Numbered from the stretch's first letter, positions 40,231-53,672 are shown. The stretch is DNA of 64,000 nucleotides from Camelus dromedarius (GCF_036321535.1 NC_087437.1:76076001-76140000), one strand, 5' to 3'. Program-made: numbers and translations. Notes: a model not told the origin generated them from the sequence alone.

Positions 40231-40864
40231 AACAATTGCAGTTTTTATCATGACAATCATTACTACTTACAGTGAGTCTTTTATATCCTTACCACTATTC
40301 TCTGCAGATGGAAACAAAAGTGGCTATGGATCTGATTCTAACCTAGAAATTTCATATGCAGGTGGCCCTACTACTCCAAAGAGCTTTCTATAGGATATTT
40401 ACTAAAACAGTAGGTCTTTTTAAAAGTACCACTGTACTGAGTGTAAAAGAAGAACTGGCAATGACAGGGAATTCATTTATCATCCCTATATAATGCCAAT
40501 TAGAATAAATGTAAGCCCCATTGGTGAGGCATTTAGGAAGCAAGTTTGCTGATGATTTATTTTAAAGAAAGTCACACTTCAGTGCATTTGAGGAAATGAT
40601 ATTAGCACCTGGATAAGATCTGATTTGAAAGAGTCTTAGGTAATACATTTTTTAAAAACAATATTAACACTGCATTTATAGAAGAGGAGTTCTGTGCTCC
40701 CAGGAGAGGCTTTGTAAGTCATTCTAGACTACTCTATGAAGACAGTGGCTCAACAGATAGTTTCAGCTAAAAACAATCAAGAAAGTGGCAATGAAAGTGG
40801 GAATACTGGAAACATTTATGCAACCTGGCCTTTGCCTTGATTACTCCACAAAAACTGCTTCTCC

Positions 40865-41759
40865 AAATGCAAATCAAAACCACAATGAGATATCCCCTCA
40901 CATCTGTCAGAATGGATATCACCAGAAAGGTGAGGATGTGGAGAAAAGGGAATCCTGTTACACTGTGAGTGCGAGTGCAAATCGTTACAGCCACCACAGA
41001 AAACAGTATTAGAGTTCCTCAAAAAATGAAAAATACAACTACAATATGATCCAGCAATTCCACTCCTGGGTATATATCCAAAGAAAATGAAAATACCAAT
41101 TCGAAAAAATACCTGAACCCCAATGTTACAGCAGCATTATTTGCAACAGCCAAGATATAAAAGCAACCTATAACTGGAAAATTGTGCTCTGCCCTGGAAT
41201 TTGACACAACATTGTAAAGTGATTATAAATCAATAAAAAATTTTTAAAAAAAGCAACCTAAGTGTCCATCAACAGATGAATGGACAAAGCATATGTAGAG
41301 TATATATACAAAGAAATATTAGCCATAAAAAAGAATGAAAGCCTGCCATTAGTAACAACATGGATGGACCCAGTAGAGGGTATTATGCTTAGTGAAATAA
41401 GTCAGACAGAGAAAGATAAATACTGTATGTTATCATTTATGTGTGAAATCTAAACAATAAAACAAATTAATATAACAAAACAGAAACATAGTTATGGATA
41501 CAGAGAACTAGTGGTTATCAGCAGAGAGGGGAGGTGGAAGGGGCAAGGTTAGAGGATTAAGAGGTACAAACTACTACGTATAAAATAAATAAGCTATAAG
41601 GATATATTGTACAGCACAGGGAATATAGCCAATGTTTAAAGATAAATTTAAATGGAGTACAATCTATGAAAATATTGAATCACTATGTTGTACACCTAAA
41701 ACTAATACAATATTGTAAATCAACTAAACTTCAATAAAATTACTTAATTAATTATTTTT
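40865..41759 (+). mobile_element. 5'-truncated L1 (ORF2 C-terminal region plus 3'-UTR)
   Basis: atgcaaatcaaaaccacaatgagata...gatccagcaattccactcctgggtatatatcc...tgttgtacacctaaaactaatac...caataaaa; degenerate TSD aaaactgcttctcc / aaaactgttttctcc. Confidence 0.93.
41171..41248 (+). mobile_element. Very short young camelid L1 3' tail nested in the older L1
   Basis: taactggaaaattgtgctctgccctggaatttgacacaacattgtaaa...caataaaaaa, nearly the same as the tail at 58471-58540; TSD aaaagcaaccta at 41159-41170 and 41249-41260. Confidence 0.9.
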
Positions 41760-41829
41760 AAAACTGTTTTCTCCAAAGGACCCCAGATCACCTAAAACAA
41801 ACACATTTTTTAAGCATTTAAATGTCTCT

Positions 41830-43570
41830 ATTTTTCAACACTTTTGTTGAAAACTCCATCTTCCTTAGCATTATACTCTAATTGCTTTTCCCACCACAGA
41901 TCTGATTGTTTTTCTTTCCTTTGGACTTCTCTTAGCAAGTAGGTGTCTTCAAAGGTTCTGTCTTTGCCGTATTTTCTGCTTTCACCAATTTTCTAAGTTT
42001 CAGCTCTGTCTCTCTCTGTTAAGCTATACCTATCTTCAGCTGGAATCTCTTCCAAATTCATTAGCAAATTTATAAACACATTCTATACATAACCACACGG
42101 ATATTCTCTCTGCATTTCAAATCCAATCCATTCCAAACTTCACCTTCCTCTTCCACAAATCAGTTTCTACTACTATCTCTCTGCTTCTGGTAGTAGTATT
42201 ATCTAAACATCACACTTAAAAACTTGTCTCTGACTTCTTTTTCAAAGCCTCCCAACTGCTTCCTTTCCTCTCCAGGATTCCTTCTACAACACAAGTTTAA
42301 TCTACTGCTAAACTCTATACATTAGTAGTTTGGTTCAAATGACAAGACAGGACTTGTATTCTTTAATAAACACAGTGAAAGCTAAATGTACAATAACTAA
42401 AAACACACACAGACATACATAGGATAAACAACAGTAGGCATTAAGCATTTGAGAAAATCTTCATTGAAGGAATCCTTTAAAGTGAGTATTATTTTTTACC
42501 CTGCAAATTGGGAAAAGACTTATGTGATTTGGTGAGTTGGATAACTGCAATCCAAAATACTTTAAGACAGATCCAGACAAGTTATAACCTTCATAATGAC
42601 TCCCATAATGGTCCTGCTTATAACTGTCAAACCCTATCAAGAACAAAGCCCCTCCAAACTAAACTTTCCAATGCCTACTTCTTTTTCCTTCCAATCCATC
42701 CCCACTTATATTGTCTGCTCAAAATTTTTCAGTGGTTTATCTTCCTTAAAGGAAAAAAAAAAAAAGTAAACTCACCGACATTGAAGATTCTTTTAATTTC
42801 CACCAAAATTTCCCATTTACCCTTACAGACATCCCATCCAAATGGCAAAAGCAGTCTACAGGCATACCTTGAAGACACTGTGTTTGGATCCAGTCCAACT
42901 TGAATGCAGCGAGTATCATCACAATAAAGCAAGGCACACAAATTTTTCGGTTTCTCAGTGCTTATAAAAGCATGTCTATACTAAACTGTAGTGTATCACA
43001 ACTATGTAACAGCATTATGCCTTAAAAATGTACATAACTTGATTAAAAAACACTTCATTGCTAGAAAATGCTAACCATCATCTGAGCCTTCAGCACGTCA
43101 TAATCTTTCTGCAATAGTAACATCAATGATGACTGATCCCAGATCACTATGATGAATACAGTAACAATGGAAAAGTCTGAAATATTGCGAGAATTACCAT
43201 AATGTGATAAAGGACACAAAGTAAGCAAACGGTGTTGGAAAAAAACAATGCTGATAGACTTGCTCAACACACAGTTGTCACAAACCTTCAATTTGTTAAA
43301 AAAACAAAAAACAAAAAAAACCCCACATATCTGCAAAGCTCAATAAAATGAGGTATGGCTGTATTCACCTTCTCCAGACTTCTGTTACTTCCTCCACTGT
43401 GTAGTCTTCCCTGTTATTTCTACATGGGATTTTAGGTCTTCCTCAAAACTCTTAATGAGGTTTATTTATCTTTTTCTGCCTAATTAGTTTGCCTTCTATT
43501 ATCATATTGTGACTGTGAAAGTGTCTAACACATTGCACGTAATACTTCAAGTAAATATTTATCAGATAAA
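41830..43570 (+). mobile_element. Degraded L2 LINE fragments, interrupted by the Tigger1 element
   Basis: Pyrimidine-rich L2-like segments (caaaggttctgtcttt; ctataccta...cttcagc; ggatattc...catttcaaatccaa) and a 3' terminus gtgtctaacacattgc...taaatattt. Confidence 0.45.
42859..43361 (+). mobile_element. Tigger1-derived internally deleted DNA transposon
   Basis: TIRs CAGGCATACCT...AGGTATGGCTG flanked by TA (42857-42858, 43362-43363); internal aaatgctaaccatcatctgagccttcagc and gaaatattgcgagaattacc are Tigger1-end sequences. Confidence 0.92.
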
Positions 43571-45352
43571 AAGAGGAGCAGAAGGTGTATTACTGTATAT
43601 TCAAATAAAATATTTTTCCAGAGAGATTACTATAGGCAGTTTAGGTACTAAAAAGGAATACAAGAGCTGGAGAAAGAGAGCAAACCCTCTTCATTCTTAT
43701 AGGTGGACCAGAAAGGTTTAGAATTTCAATATACGCTAATAAGTGAAAAACTATATAACTGAAGTCTATAAAATCCATAGTTGTTATGGTTAGAAAGTTC
43801 ACATATTTGACTAGGAAAAGGCAAAATTGCTATAAAAAGACCACAAACACATTAGGTAGCATACACAGAACAGCTTTTAAAAGGAAACAGTATTTTCATA
43901 GATGGTCCTATTAAACTATCTCCAAAACCAGTTTAGATACATGAATCATACAGATACTCAAAATTAATAAATAAAAGTTACTAGGGACAAAAGATGAAGT
44001 TGTACTGGTTCATGCTCATGTGCATAAAAATTATTAGAAATAAAAATACTTTCTTCTCTTGGATCAATTAATTTAGAAATGCTAACCCACTGACCTAAAC
44101 TGAAGGAAAATTTTGCTTTTCTGGTGTATGGATAAACTAGCAGAGTAAGGTCATGAGTTCACAGCTGTTTAAAATTTTTTTAATTTTTTATAGTTATCAG
44201 GTTGAGATAATCAATTTATAAAAATAGCTTTCATAGTTTAAAATTCATTAAGAATTCATAATGCCATAATACAGCTCCTTGTTTTGTTAAAGTAATTACA
44301 ATCTTTGAAAAAAACTGTGTAGATTATAAAAAATTACTATTATGCTTAAATAATTTACTTGTTGTTTAGGGTGATAATTTTGTTAATACTCATGGTATGA
44401 GGTGATAATATCCCTGAAATAAGTATAATCCACTGAACAACATATGACTTATCTCTTAATACTTTCACATATTTTAGCTTTGATTTCACTTTAATAAAAC
44501 TGCAAAATTAATCAGGGCAAGTATAATTAAACTCAAACTTCTATTACTTATGGTTATGTAGAAAATATTTTAAGATATCTAACAATAAAAAGAATAAACA
44601 TTGTTCTTCCCTAATTATTTAAAGCAAGTCTATCCTGTATTCAATAAAGACTTCAACATATTAAAGATGTGCAACATAATAAAGACATTTCCCTTGTAAA
44701 AAGAGACATGCTTGAATTTCAAGGAACAGTTAAAGCAGTTAAAAACAAAAAAAGGCAAATGCTACTTTTGACCTACTATCCATTTTGACAATGAAACACA
44801 CATTCTTAGCAATGCTGCCATGTGCTGGATTGGCAGTGTACCCTCCGGCACTTTTTAGCCTCGTAAGAACCTCATGTGGTCATTATTCACCCCATTTCCA
44901 GATGAAGTTAAATAATTTTCCCCACCGCCCAATCACTAAGCAATTGAGATAGATTTAGTCCTGTCTTGGATCCATCTAACTCCACAGCCTACATTTCTAA
45001 GATCAAGTTATAGCTGAAAAAAGTGATCCATTTAAAGCTGTCTTCCATAAGGAAAACTTTAAGTTTCTGCCTATCCATATTAATCTCCAGGAAGCAATAG
45101 TGAGCATTATGCAGTTGATAATCTAGAGGCAAGAATAAGAATGTTTGTAAGCATTAGGAAGTAAAAGTTCTAAAATATTTTTTCACAGGCACACTATAAA
45201 CTCTAATGTATGGAATATTTTATTACAATAGAAATAATCATTTTTTAAAATTCTATGATTTTGATGACTAAGTAAAAATTCATAAAAAGAGACGTAACTG
45301 AGACACCTTAACCATCAACAAGATATACTGTAATAGCCTCATTAGAAAGATT

Positions 45353-45859
45353 CCTTTTTTAATATATTCTCATTGAAGTATAGTCAGTTTGCAATGCTGT
45401 ATCAATTTCTGGTGTACAGCACAATGCTTCTGTCATACACAAACATACATATATTCGTTTTCATATTCTTTTTCACCATAAGTTACTACAAGATATTGAA
45501 TATAATTCCCTGTGCTATACAGTATGACCCTGTTGTTTATCTATTTCATATATATTAGTATCTGCAAATCTTGAACTTCCTCCCAGCAACCAAAGTTTGT
45601 TTTCTATGTCTGTGAATCTGTTTCTGTTTTGTAAATAAGTCCATTTGTCTTTTTTTTTTTTTTAGATTCCACATATAAGTCATATCATATGGTATTTTTC
45701 TTTCTCCTTCTGGCTTACTTCACTTAGAATGACAACCTCCAGGTCCATCCATGTTGCTACAAATGGCATTATTTTATTATTTTTAATGGCTGAGTAGTAT
45801 TCCATTGTATATATATACCACAGCTTCTTTATCCAGTCATCTGTCGATGGACATTTAGG
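45353..45859 (-). mobile_element. 5'-truncated L1 3' end, sense to the host gene
   Basis: ttgaagtatagtcagttt...ttccctgtgctatacag...agattccacatataagt...ccatccatgttgctacaaatggc...gatggacatttagg; TSD tagaaagatt at 45343-45352 and 45860-45869. Confidence 0.93.
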
Positions 45860-48800
45860 TAGAAAGATTTATCTTATGTTCTCTAAAAAGTGAAACTCTC
45901 TGTGAATAATAAAGAAAGGCAACACCTATCATTTTAACAGGAACAACTAAACTTTCAAACCTGAAAACTGTATCATTCCTGTAAGTGTTCACTTCACCAA
46001 ATGAACTGAAAGATGAGCTGTATGCTTCATCAAATGGCAGGACAAAACAACTGCTATAGCAAGAGGTTTGGTATTTAAAAAGGGGATTGGTAGTGGCTAC
46101 TGATTTCAAACTTTTCTTTATTATCTCTTGTTGTAATATAAGACACCTATTTGATGACTTGGCAACTCTAACAATGCTGAAAACATGGTAAGTTTTCAAA
46201 AACTATATTAAGAACATGGCTCAGAGTTTCAATTCATGTCCATCTGGGTGGTCGCTGTATGGATTGATGGGCATACACTACTCTGCACGCAGATACACCT
46301 CACACTTCATAGATTTCACTCTAATCTTGTCATCAGTGTGGCATAACTGAGAATGCTTTGGACAGTGTTCACCATATAAATGGTATCTTTTTATAATTTA
46401 AGCCTTGTTTAGAAGCCAGTTCCTCTCTGTCTAGCTGGCTCTCTCAAGAAACTTGTACACTGTAAGTGTCTATGGTAACTTAACCCCTAAAAACACTACC
46501 GGAAGTGGATTATTTCTGCCACGAAGAGATTCTTGGTAATAAACAGACTTAAAGTAAATGTTAAGGAAACACTGAAATAATTACATAACTCGTCTGTGTT
46601 TTAAGAACCATGGCAGAGGCATAACAACTGAAAATTAAGCAGGTTATACAAAGTCTACAAAACCAAAACACAGTGTTCCTCTTCATCTTCATAGATCAAT
46701 TTGAATACAGAAATATCAAAAAAAAAAAAGCCACCCCCTCAAGAATAAAACACCTAAAAGTGGACTTTAGTCAACCTTTCTGTTATATATTAACTGAATC
46801 CAAGTACCATATAGCATCTCTTTAGGCCCAGCCTGAACCAACTTGCCTACCTTAAATCTCAGAACCTTCACATGTCCTCCACTCAGAGCGCCACTGATGG
46901 GCTGTTACAGAAGTACTTGGCAGAAGGCTTACAATTCTTAATAAACCATTGCTGACTCAGTGTACACTGTAAATAGCCAACAGTTACCCAGAAATTTTTT
47001 GCTGCTATTTTAAGTTGTTATACTCACTAGCATTTATTGATTATAGAACTAACTGCAACTTAAAGGCACAGAAAGACTTTTATTTTTGAGGAGCACTCCT
47101 CTCTCCCTGAACTCAGTCTGAGAAAAAATAATCTCCAGGTAGACAGGGAATGCATATTAACATCAACATCAATGGAATACATGATTAATGAAATGTGAAC
47201 TCCTGTATTACTAATTCACCAAATGTTTACCAATGAGCAAGTTCCACATGCCAGACACTGTTTCTAGGTTTGGGCAAAACAGCCATCAACAAAATAAACT
47301 CTATAGTGTAAATTTAAGTCTCTTAGCTTCTTGAAGAGGTTATATGAAAAAGCCACACATATACACTCAGATACATTTACACTTATATGTGTATGTACAG
47401 AATATCCAGTAAATGCAGTGCATATTTTACATTAAAATGCATGGAAATTCTGAGAGAAATGTTATGAGAAATTTCACCTTATTAGATCAATTTAGTTTCC
47501 TAGAAAAAACACATTTCTCTGTAATAGAGATCAGAGGAAATACAGACTTCAGGATAAAATACTTAATTTATCCATCACCTTTCAAAGTAGTATTAATGAA
47601 TGAAGTGGTTATGTCTGAATTTATTTATGCTGTCTTTAACTAGTAAATTTAATAATCAGTAGACTGATCCTATTGTTTAGAAGAAATATATTGCCAAAAT
47701 GTATTATATATAAGGCTTGAGTTTGAGTCATTCTGTAAATAACATTAACAGGGAAATTGAAATAAAAAGTAGATAAAACAGTTAAAATACCTTTCAACCA
47801 ATTAAACTGTCATCCACAAAACAGATTAGTGCCCAACAGCTTATCTTTTGGCCTATAAACACACAAGGTGAGAAAATAAATATTACAAATCAATTTAAAA
47901 TTTTTATACAAACGTTTAAGTCTCAAAGGTTTGTTTCCTCTTGAGTGTATTTTCTATTTTAGATAGGCATCAACTCACCAGAAACTGAAATCATTCTAGT
48001 GACACAGAACACACATTGAAAAAAAAAATTTCAAGATAAAACTAAGAGTTAAGTTGAGCCTCCATAAATACTACTTACCCATCACTAATACCAAATACCC
48101 ATCAACTGACTTAATAGAAAAAGCATCCTACTGTATAGCAGAAAGAAGTACTATATAGATGTTCAAAGAATTGCATTTAGACTATTACTTGAGAAATCCA
48201 AACAACAATTACCTACTTAAGAGCTGGTATCAGAGGAAAGAAGGAAAAGGAAGAGGAAATAAAAAGGGGATAACAATTAAAAAGAAGAACGCAGGAAGAA
48301 TAGCAGGTAGATGTATCAGATTTAGGATACTTTGGCTTCTGCTGGCTTTATTTCAAATGCACAGTCTTTTCTGTTTCCCAAAATCTTAAGAGTATGCCAT
48401 TTCCCTGTTGTATTCGCAATTGATTCACAAAATAAAAGAATATAGCCTTGAAAAATGTGAATTGGCTTAATTATAGTAAGCAGAAACAGATATAACTTGA
48501 AAGAATAATTATCTGATTCCTCAACCTAATTTTCAAACACCTTCTATTCAGGAATAACAGTGAATACACCTGAAAAATCAGTTTTTACAATGATGTAACT
48601 CCTCCATCATACAAAACACTGATTTTCAAGTTCTTAGATTTGATCCCTTCCCTTGAAAAACACTCTTTTTCATGCACAGAGACTTCAAGATGGAAGAAAT
48701 ATGAATTTGGTAATCTGAAATGTCTCCCACCTCAAAGACCAAAGATGTTTTTAGAAACTTAGATGACTACAATAAACTAGTTTTCTTGTTTAGAGATTAA

Positions 48801-48869
48801 ATAACATAGAAAGTTGTGTTGTTTTTGTTTTTAACTTTCACTTCACTCTTTGGCACAGAAAACCAATTA

Positions 48870-49246
48870 CTTCTGAGTTGGTTGCCCTCAAATTCATATG
48901 ATGAAGCCTCAAAGCCCAATGTGACTGTGTTTGGAGATAGACCCTGGAAGTAGGTAAAAGTTAAGTAAGGTCATTAGGGTGGGGCTATTATCTGAAAGAA
49001 CTGGTGTCCTTATAAGAGGAAGAGATCAGAGCATGCTTTCTCCACACACGCATGGAGAAAAGGTCATCTAAGGACACTGCAAGAAGGCGACTGTCTACAA
49101 GCCAGGAAGAGAAACCTCACCAGAAACAGAATTTGTCAGCACCCTGACGATGAACTTTTAGCCTCCAGAACTCTGTGAAAAAAATATCTTGTTGAAGTCA
49201 CTCGTCTGTGGTATTTTGTTATGGCAGCCCAAGCAGACCATATAAC
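48870..49246 (+). mobile_element. MaLR solo LTR (MLT1A/B-like)
   Basis: aaattcatatgatgaagcc...tttggagatag...actggtgtccttataagagg...caagccaggaagag...tagcctccagaact...ggtattttgttatggcagccc. Confidence 0.88.
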
Positions 49247-50059
49247 CTCTAGAAGAGAGAAGCTTCTATTTTTGAGATTGTTTTACTCTACTAATAATCC
49301 TGCCCAATAATAGGTAACTGATAGCTGTTACAAAGGTGATTCATTTACAAAGAGAAGCACTTGGAACAATTTGAAGAATAAGTCACCCTAAAATGATTTA
49401 TTATATGTTATTCTAAATTAAATTAAATTATCATTTAGAAATAGCATAAAACTTTGAAGCATAAGAGATATCATTCTGCTGTGCCTGATTCTGGGTGTGA
49501 GGGCACAATATCGATACAGAAAAAATCTAAATTTCAGCCTCACTAGAAAACTGTAGAATAAAAACTTTGATGTAGAATTGCTGATTATTTTGAAATCAAA
49601 TAATATTTGCTCTACATGGTGAAGAAAGTTTCAGTGGCACTATCTCTTATACCTTGTGCCTCGAGATTACATAGAATTTGATTTCCTTAATGCTGACAGC
49701 TCATTAATATTCAAAGTCAAGGCCATAGATCCACATTGGCTATCACTCTGTCCTTAGGACTTTTTCAGTGGCAAGAAGTGAATTACTGAATCACAGGTGG
49801 CTAATATTTCTACCGGATTCACCCTTTCAGTGATAAAGATAAAGCTACTTTTAATTTTTAATAAAAGTACAGAAGAATACATAGGTTCTTACCCATTAGG
49901 GACAATTTTTTAAAACTCTTATAGGTGTGTGTGTGTTTAAATATAAATATCCAAACACATTTTAGACATACACATACTGTCAGATGTCTATTAAAGGTAT
50001 TTTATAATACATTCAAGATTCTTGAAGTTTGATCATTTTTTTATTTTCTTAACTACCAT

Positions 50060-50270
50060 TTCTTGAGTGTGTCCCATGTGACAGGCATTGTATCAGGCAC
50101 TTAACATAATTACCTCATTTAATTATCACAATTCCACAAGGTAGAGCTCATTATCCAATATTAAGATGAGAAAAGAAAATTCCAGAGGTTAAATAATCAC
50201 CCAAATTCTTTCAGTATAAAAGTGTCAGAACTAGGATTAATGCCTAAGTTTCTCTAAATCCAGAGATGTC
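50060..50270 (-). mobile_element. MIR SINE
   Basis: catgtgacaggcattgtatcaggcactt...tcatttaattatcacaa...agatgagaaaa...agaggttaaataat. Confidence 0.7.
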
Positions 50271-51139
50271 TAAGAATATTCTTTTCCCCCAATCTCAGGG
50301 AACTATAAACTGTGAAACAAAGCATTGTTTATATACTCCTGGATATTTATATCATCCTAATCCACACAGGCCTGGTAGCAATGTTTTATAAAACCCATGG
50401 GATTAATCAAATCAACACTGTCTGAGTAGTTCATTGTGCCATTTTTCAGAAAGCTTAGGAGACAACAATACAATCACTGAATAGGGAATATGACCACAGG
50501 TGAAGTAACTCATGGGCTACGACTGTTAACCTTGCTACAGGGTCTGTCTGTATTCTTTCTTTCTAGAATGATTCTTGAAATTGATCTTAAGTAGAAGTAT
50601 TTGGTTACCATTAAATGGTAAAATTATTATATTACTACCAGAAAAAGCAAAGTACCCATTTTCTCATGCTCTTTCTCTGTATCAAATTAGAGAGTATCTG
50701 TCGAGTATCTGTAACCTATGATACATCAGTAAGGAGTCAGTATGAGTATCGTTATTTCCCTTCTCTAACTCTGTATGCAAATTGCAGCGGGTCCCCTCTA
50801 CACTAATTTTCGTTCACTTTAAAACAACTTATAAAACAATAATGTAAGTCTAATATACACTATATATCCACCTACTGTATGGTGGAAAAAGTGATAACGT
50901 CGAGTTGTATCAATTCCTCATTCCTTAAAATCTGTCACAGATAGGGTATCATAGCTCACCATGTTCCATGTAACAACAAGAGGATTCACAGTCAAATAAT
51001 TTTACATGTTAAATAAACAGATTCATTTACTACAGGACTTCTTGGAAACTTAATATACTAGGTGCATTCTGTCTGTCTAGAAGAGCCCTAGATAGGATTA
51101 TGAAGATACAGTACTTAAAATATGCACTGTACCTCATCT

Positions 51140-51468
51140 CTCTTAAAAGCCACTCCTAACTATGGGGTGGCCATGGGATGTGTTTTAGACAATGAAATAT
51201 GACAGGTAGTGATCTGTGCCACCTCCAAGCAGCAGTTTTAAGAGCCCAGATTCCACCATCATTCCTGTCTCCTTCTGCCACAAGTCTTGTGCATCCCAGA
51301 GATGCTGTCCTTCAGCTTTGGTCCAGGAAAGAAGAGGACATGGAGCAGAGTGGCAGCAGACTCATCAGGAACAGGAACATGAGAGAGAAACTTTCACTGC
51401 TATAAACCACTAAGATTTGGGGGCTTTTTGGATAATAAAATGTAAGTTTGTCTAAACTGACTAATGCA
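51140..51468 (+). mobile_element. Old MaLR LTR (MLT1I/J-like)
   Basis: ggggtggccatgggatg...caatgaaatatga...tgtgccacctcc...aaaccactaagatttgggg...ctgactaatgca. Confidence 0.7.
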
Positions 51469-53161
51469 GCATGTTTCCAAGATTTATTAAACCCTTGCAT
51501 CACTCTGCCAGGTAATATCTTCCATGATTTGTTTCCTAAATTACTCCTGATTTTGTATGGCATATTTTCTATTAGTCACTACTGCATTTAAGATGAATAT
51601 ATATGTATGCAAAGAAATAAACAGTCTCAGGTTTTCTTAAATTTAATCAGCAATTGGATTTTCTGTCAATTTCTGCCTATATTCAATAAAAATATTTTAC
51701 TGAAATAATCTGATTAACATTCAGAAATCACAGATCGGATGGCTACTTAAGTCAAGACTGACATACAAGTCCTAATTAATGATTTGGTTTTCTGAATAGG
51801 TAATATAAAAGGTCCTGGTTCACTTATGTATGTATTCACGTTTAACAAATTCAAAATACTGTCACAAATTTAATTTTCTTTAAATTTCACTATACTCAAC
51901 TCCCTTTATGATTAGTAAATGAGAACATATTTGAAATTTCAGTATCGATATTCAAATATTCTATAGTCTATCCTGCTGACCCAGTAAAACCATAAGCTGT
52001 ATCCTAACTGGCATTCTTAAATTCAGAATTTGTATTTCTAACTTAACTGCGCCTTAAAGGATAGCACAGAAAGGAAGAAATAAACTAAATCCTAATTTTT
52101 GTTTCAATATCCTGTTAAACACACTTTCAAGCTAAATTGCATTTATTTTTACAGTGTGTCAATCCTAGACCATAACATTCAGAAGAATGGTTAGAAGTCT
52201 TATATTTACATTTGGCTGTACCACAAAAGCAACATTCAGTTATATACTTACTAAAACAAAAATGTAGACACAGATATTCTAGGCAGGCTTAAGCTATCAA
52301 AAATACTTAAGAACAGAAATGACTTAAGATTAATTTTCAATGAATCTAACAACTGAAGAATAACTTAATGTCCTGAAAATACAAATAAACAATATTTACT
52401 CTTTCTGTTCATTTTCATTTACATCAAATTCCTTGGTCTTACAAATCACCAGTTCACCATAAAGTGTTCAGTAAAGCAATCACGTTTTTACGTGTGTATT
52501 TAAGTAGAGTTTAATTAATCTTAAAATATTCCTAAAAAGGCAGTTAAGAGGACAGAAAGTATTTTAATGAAACTGTGAGTTTCATAGTTTGATATAATGT
52601 GCCACATATATATATTTTTAAATCTCAACTTCTTCCTCATTGTATATTTTCATACTCAAAATAGTTTCATGATACTGCTAAACATGCTTCTATTTTATTT
52701 TTAATAGTTTTTTAAAAACCTCCATGTTTTGATATTGATTCATTTTTTTCAATTAAAGCTAAAGGCAGTTTTTAAAAAAGCTTTGGGCAACAGACCAGTG
52801 TAGTATCTATTTAGGTAAGTATCCTCTAGGTATTCAGGACTTTAATAAATTAACTTCACCAAACAGCCCATTACTATGGAGAAACAAACCAGAGATTTTT
52901 GAAATAGTTATTTCCTTAAACTTCATGATTTTAAAAGAAAATTTAACTTACTTGATGATTGAGATTAAAATGTCACACTTCAAAAATACTAATAAAATTG
53001 ACGGAAAAAATACACAATTATCACGCTTCTCTGATCAAAACGGAAGGTGAATCCATCAGATGGGGAAAAGCTGAGACCAGATCTGATGACACACAACTCT
53101 TGACTGCTTCACTCTTGCTTCCAGGTAACCAAGTGAGATGCACCCCCAGTGAAGCTCTTAC

Positions 53162-53235
53162 CGGTCAAGTCAAGAATTTCCATTGTGATTTCAATGGAAC
53201 ATCAGAACTTCCAGCTTCGGTGATGCAGCAGGATT
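53162..53235 (-). other. BBX: 74-nt internal non-coding (5'-UTR) exon, probably BBX exon 3
   Basis: Minus strand reads ...ctttgctgtggtccttcacAG|AATCCTGCTGCATCACCGAAGCTGGAAGTTCTGATGTTCCATTGAAATCACAATGGAAATTCTTGACTTGACCG|GTaaga, i.e. a canonical acceptor and donor (seen). Sequence and length match my recollection of the human BBX 5'-UTR exon preceding the ATG exon (recall, not a database search). Confidence 0.8.
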
Positions 53236-53672
53236 CTGTGAAGGACCACAGCAAAGTGGTTAAAATGGTGAGCCAGGAAGCCCTTTCAAACAAAGCTGAT
53301 ACTTATTCTCCTTTAGCAAAATAATCCCTAGATAAGGTGAATTAACAGCCGAACAATCAAAACTAGGCAAATTATTAAACATCCCTCTAACTAACACTAT
53401 TTAGAAAAAAAGACCTAAAGTGTTTATTGTCAACTTTAATTTAACAGAAAAAGTCACTAAAATTACTCAACGAGAACTCTGAGATTAAAGTTACAGAGAC
53501 AAAGGATTACGGGCAATCATTTCTCAGCTTTTTGACTATAATTAAGTGTGGAGTTACAGAAGAATCCTCCAGAAAAACATGACATTAAATTGACATCCTG
53601 ATGAAATCCAAGTTATCTGAAATGACTAGTCCAAGCCAACCAGTGATTCTGTGGTTCAGATGTTAGTATCTT

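Larger units (their letters stand above)
1..53161 (-). other. BBX: Large intron downstream of the 74-nt exon (putative BBX intron 3); the ATG-containing exon lies beyond the left edge
   Basis: GT donor at 53161-53160 (minus). I did not find the BBX N-terminus (MKGSNRNK..., recalled) in the window. Most L1 copies lie on +, antisense to a minus-strand host, as is typical of introns. Confidence 0.7.

Noticed and set aside
40767..41207. ORFs of 62-76 aa over the L1, and similar ones at 27938, 45373, 58079, 58218, 60936 and 63724
   Set aside because: They are translations of frameshifted L1 ORF2/3'-UTR remnants, not genes.
46886..46904. CTCF-like gcgccactgatggg (also near 25210-25228 and 37057-37068)
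   Set aside because: The core spacing is one base short or key positions mismatch.
52959..53324. 121-aa + strand ORF
   Set aside because: Starts at TTG, resembles no protein I recognise, and lies antisense over the minus-strand exon whose splice signals explain the region.
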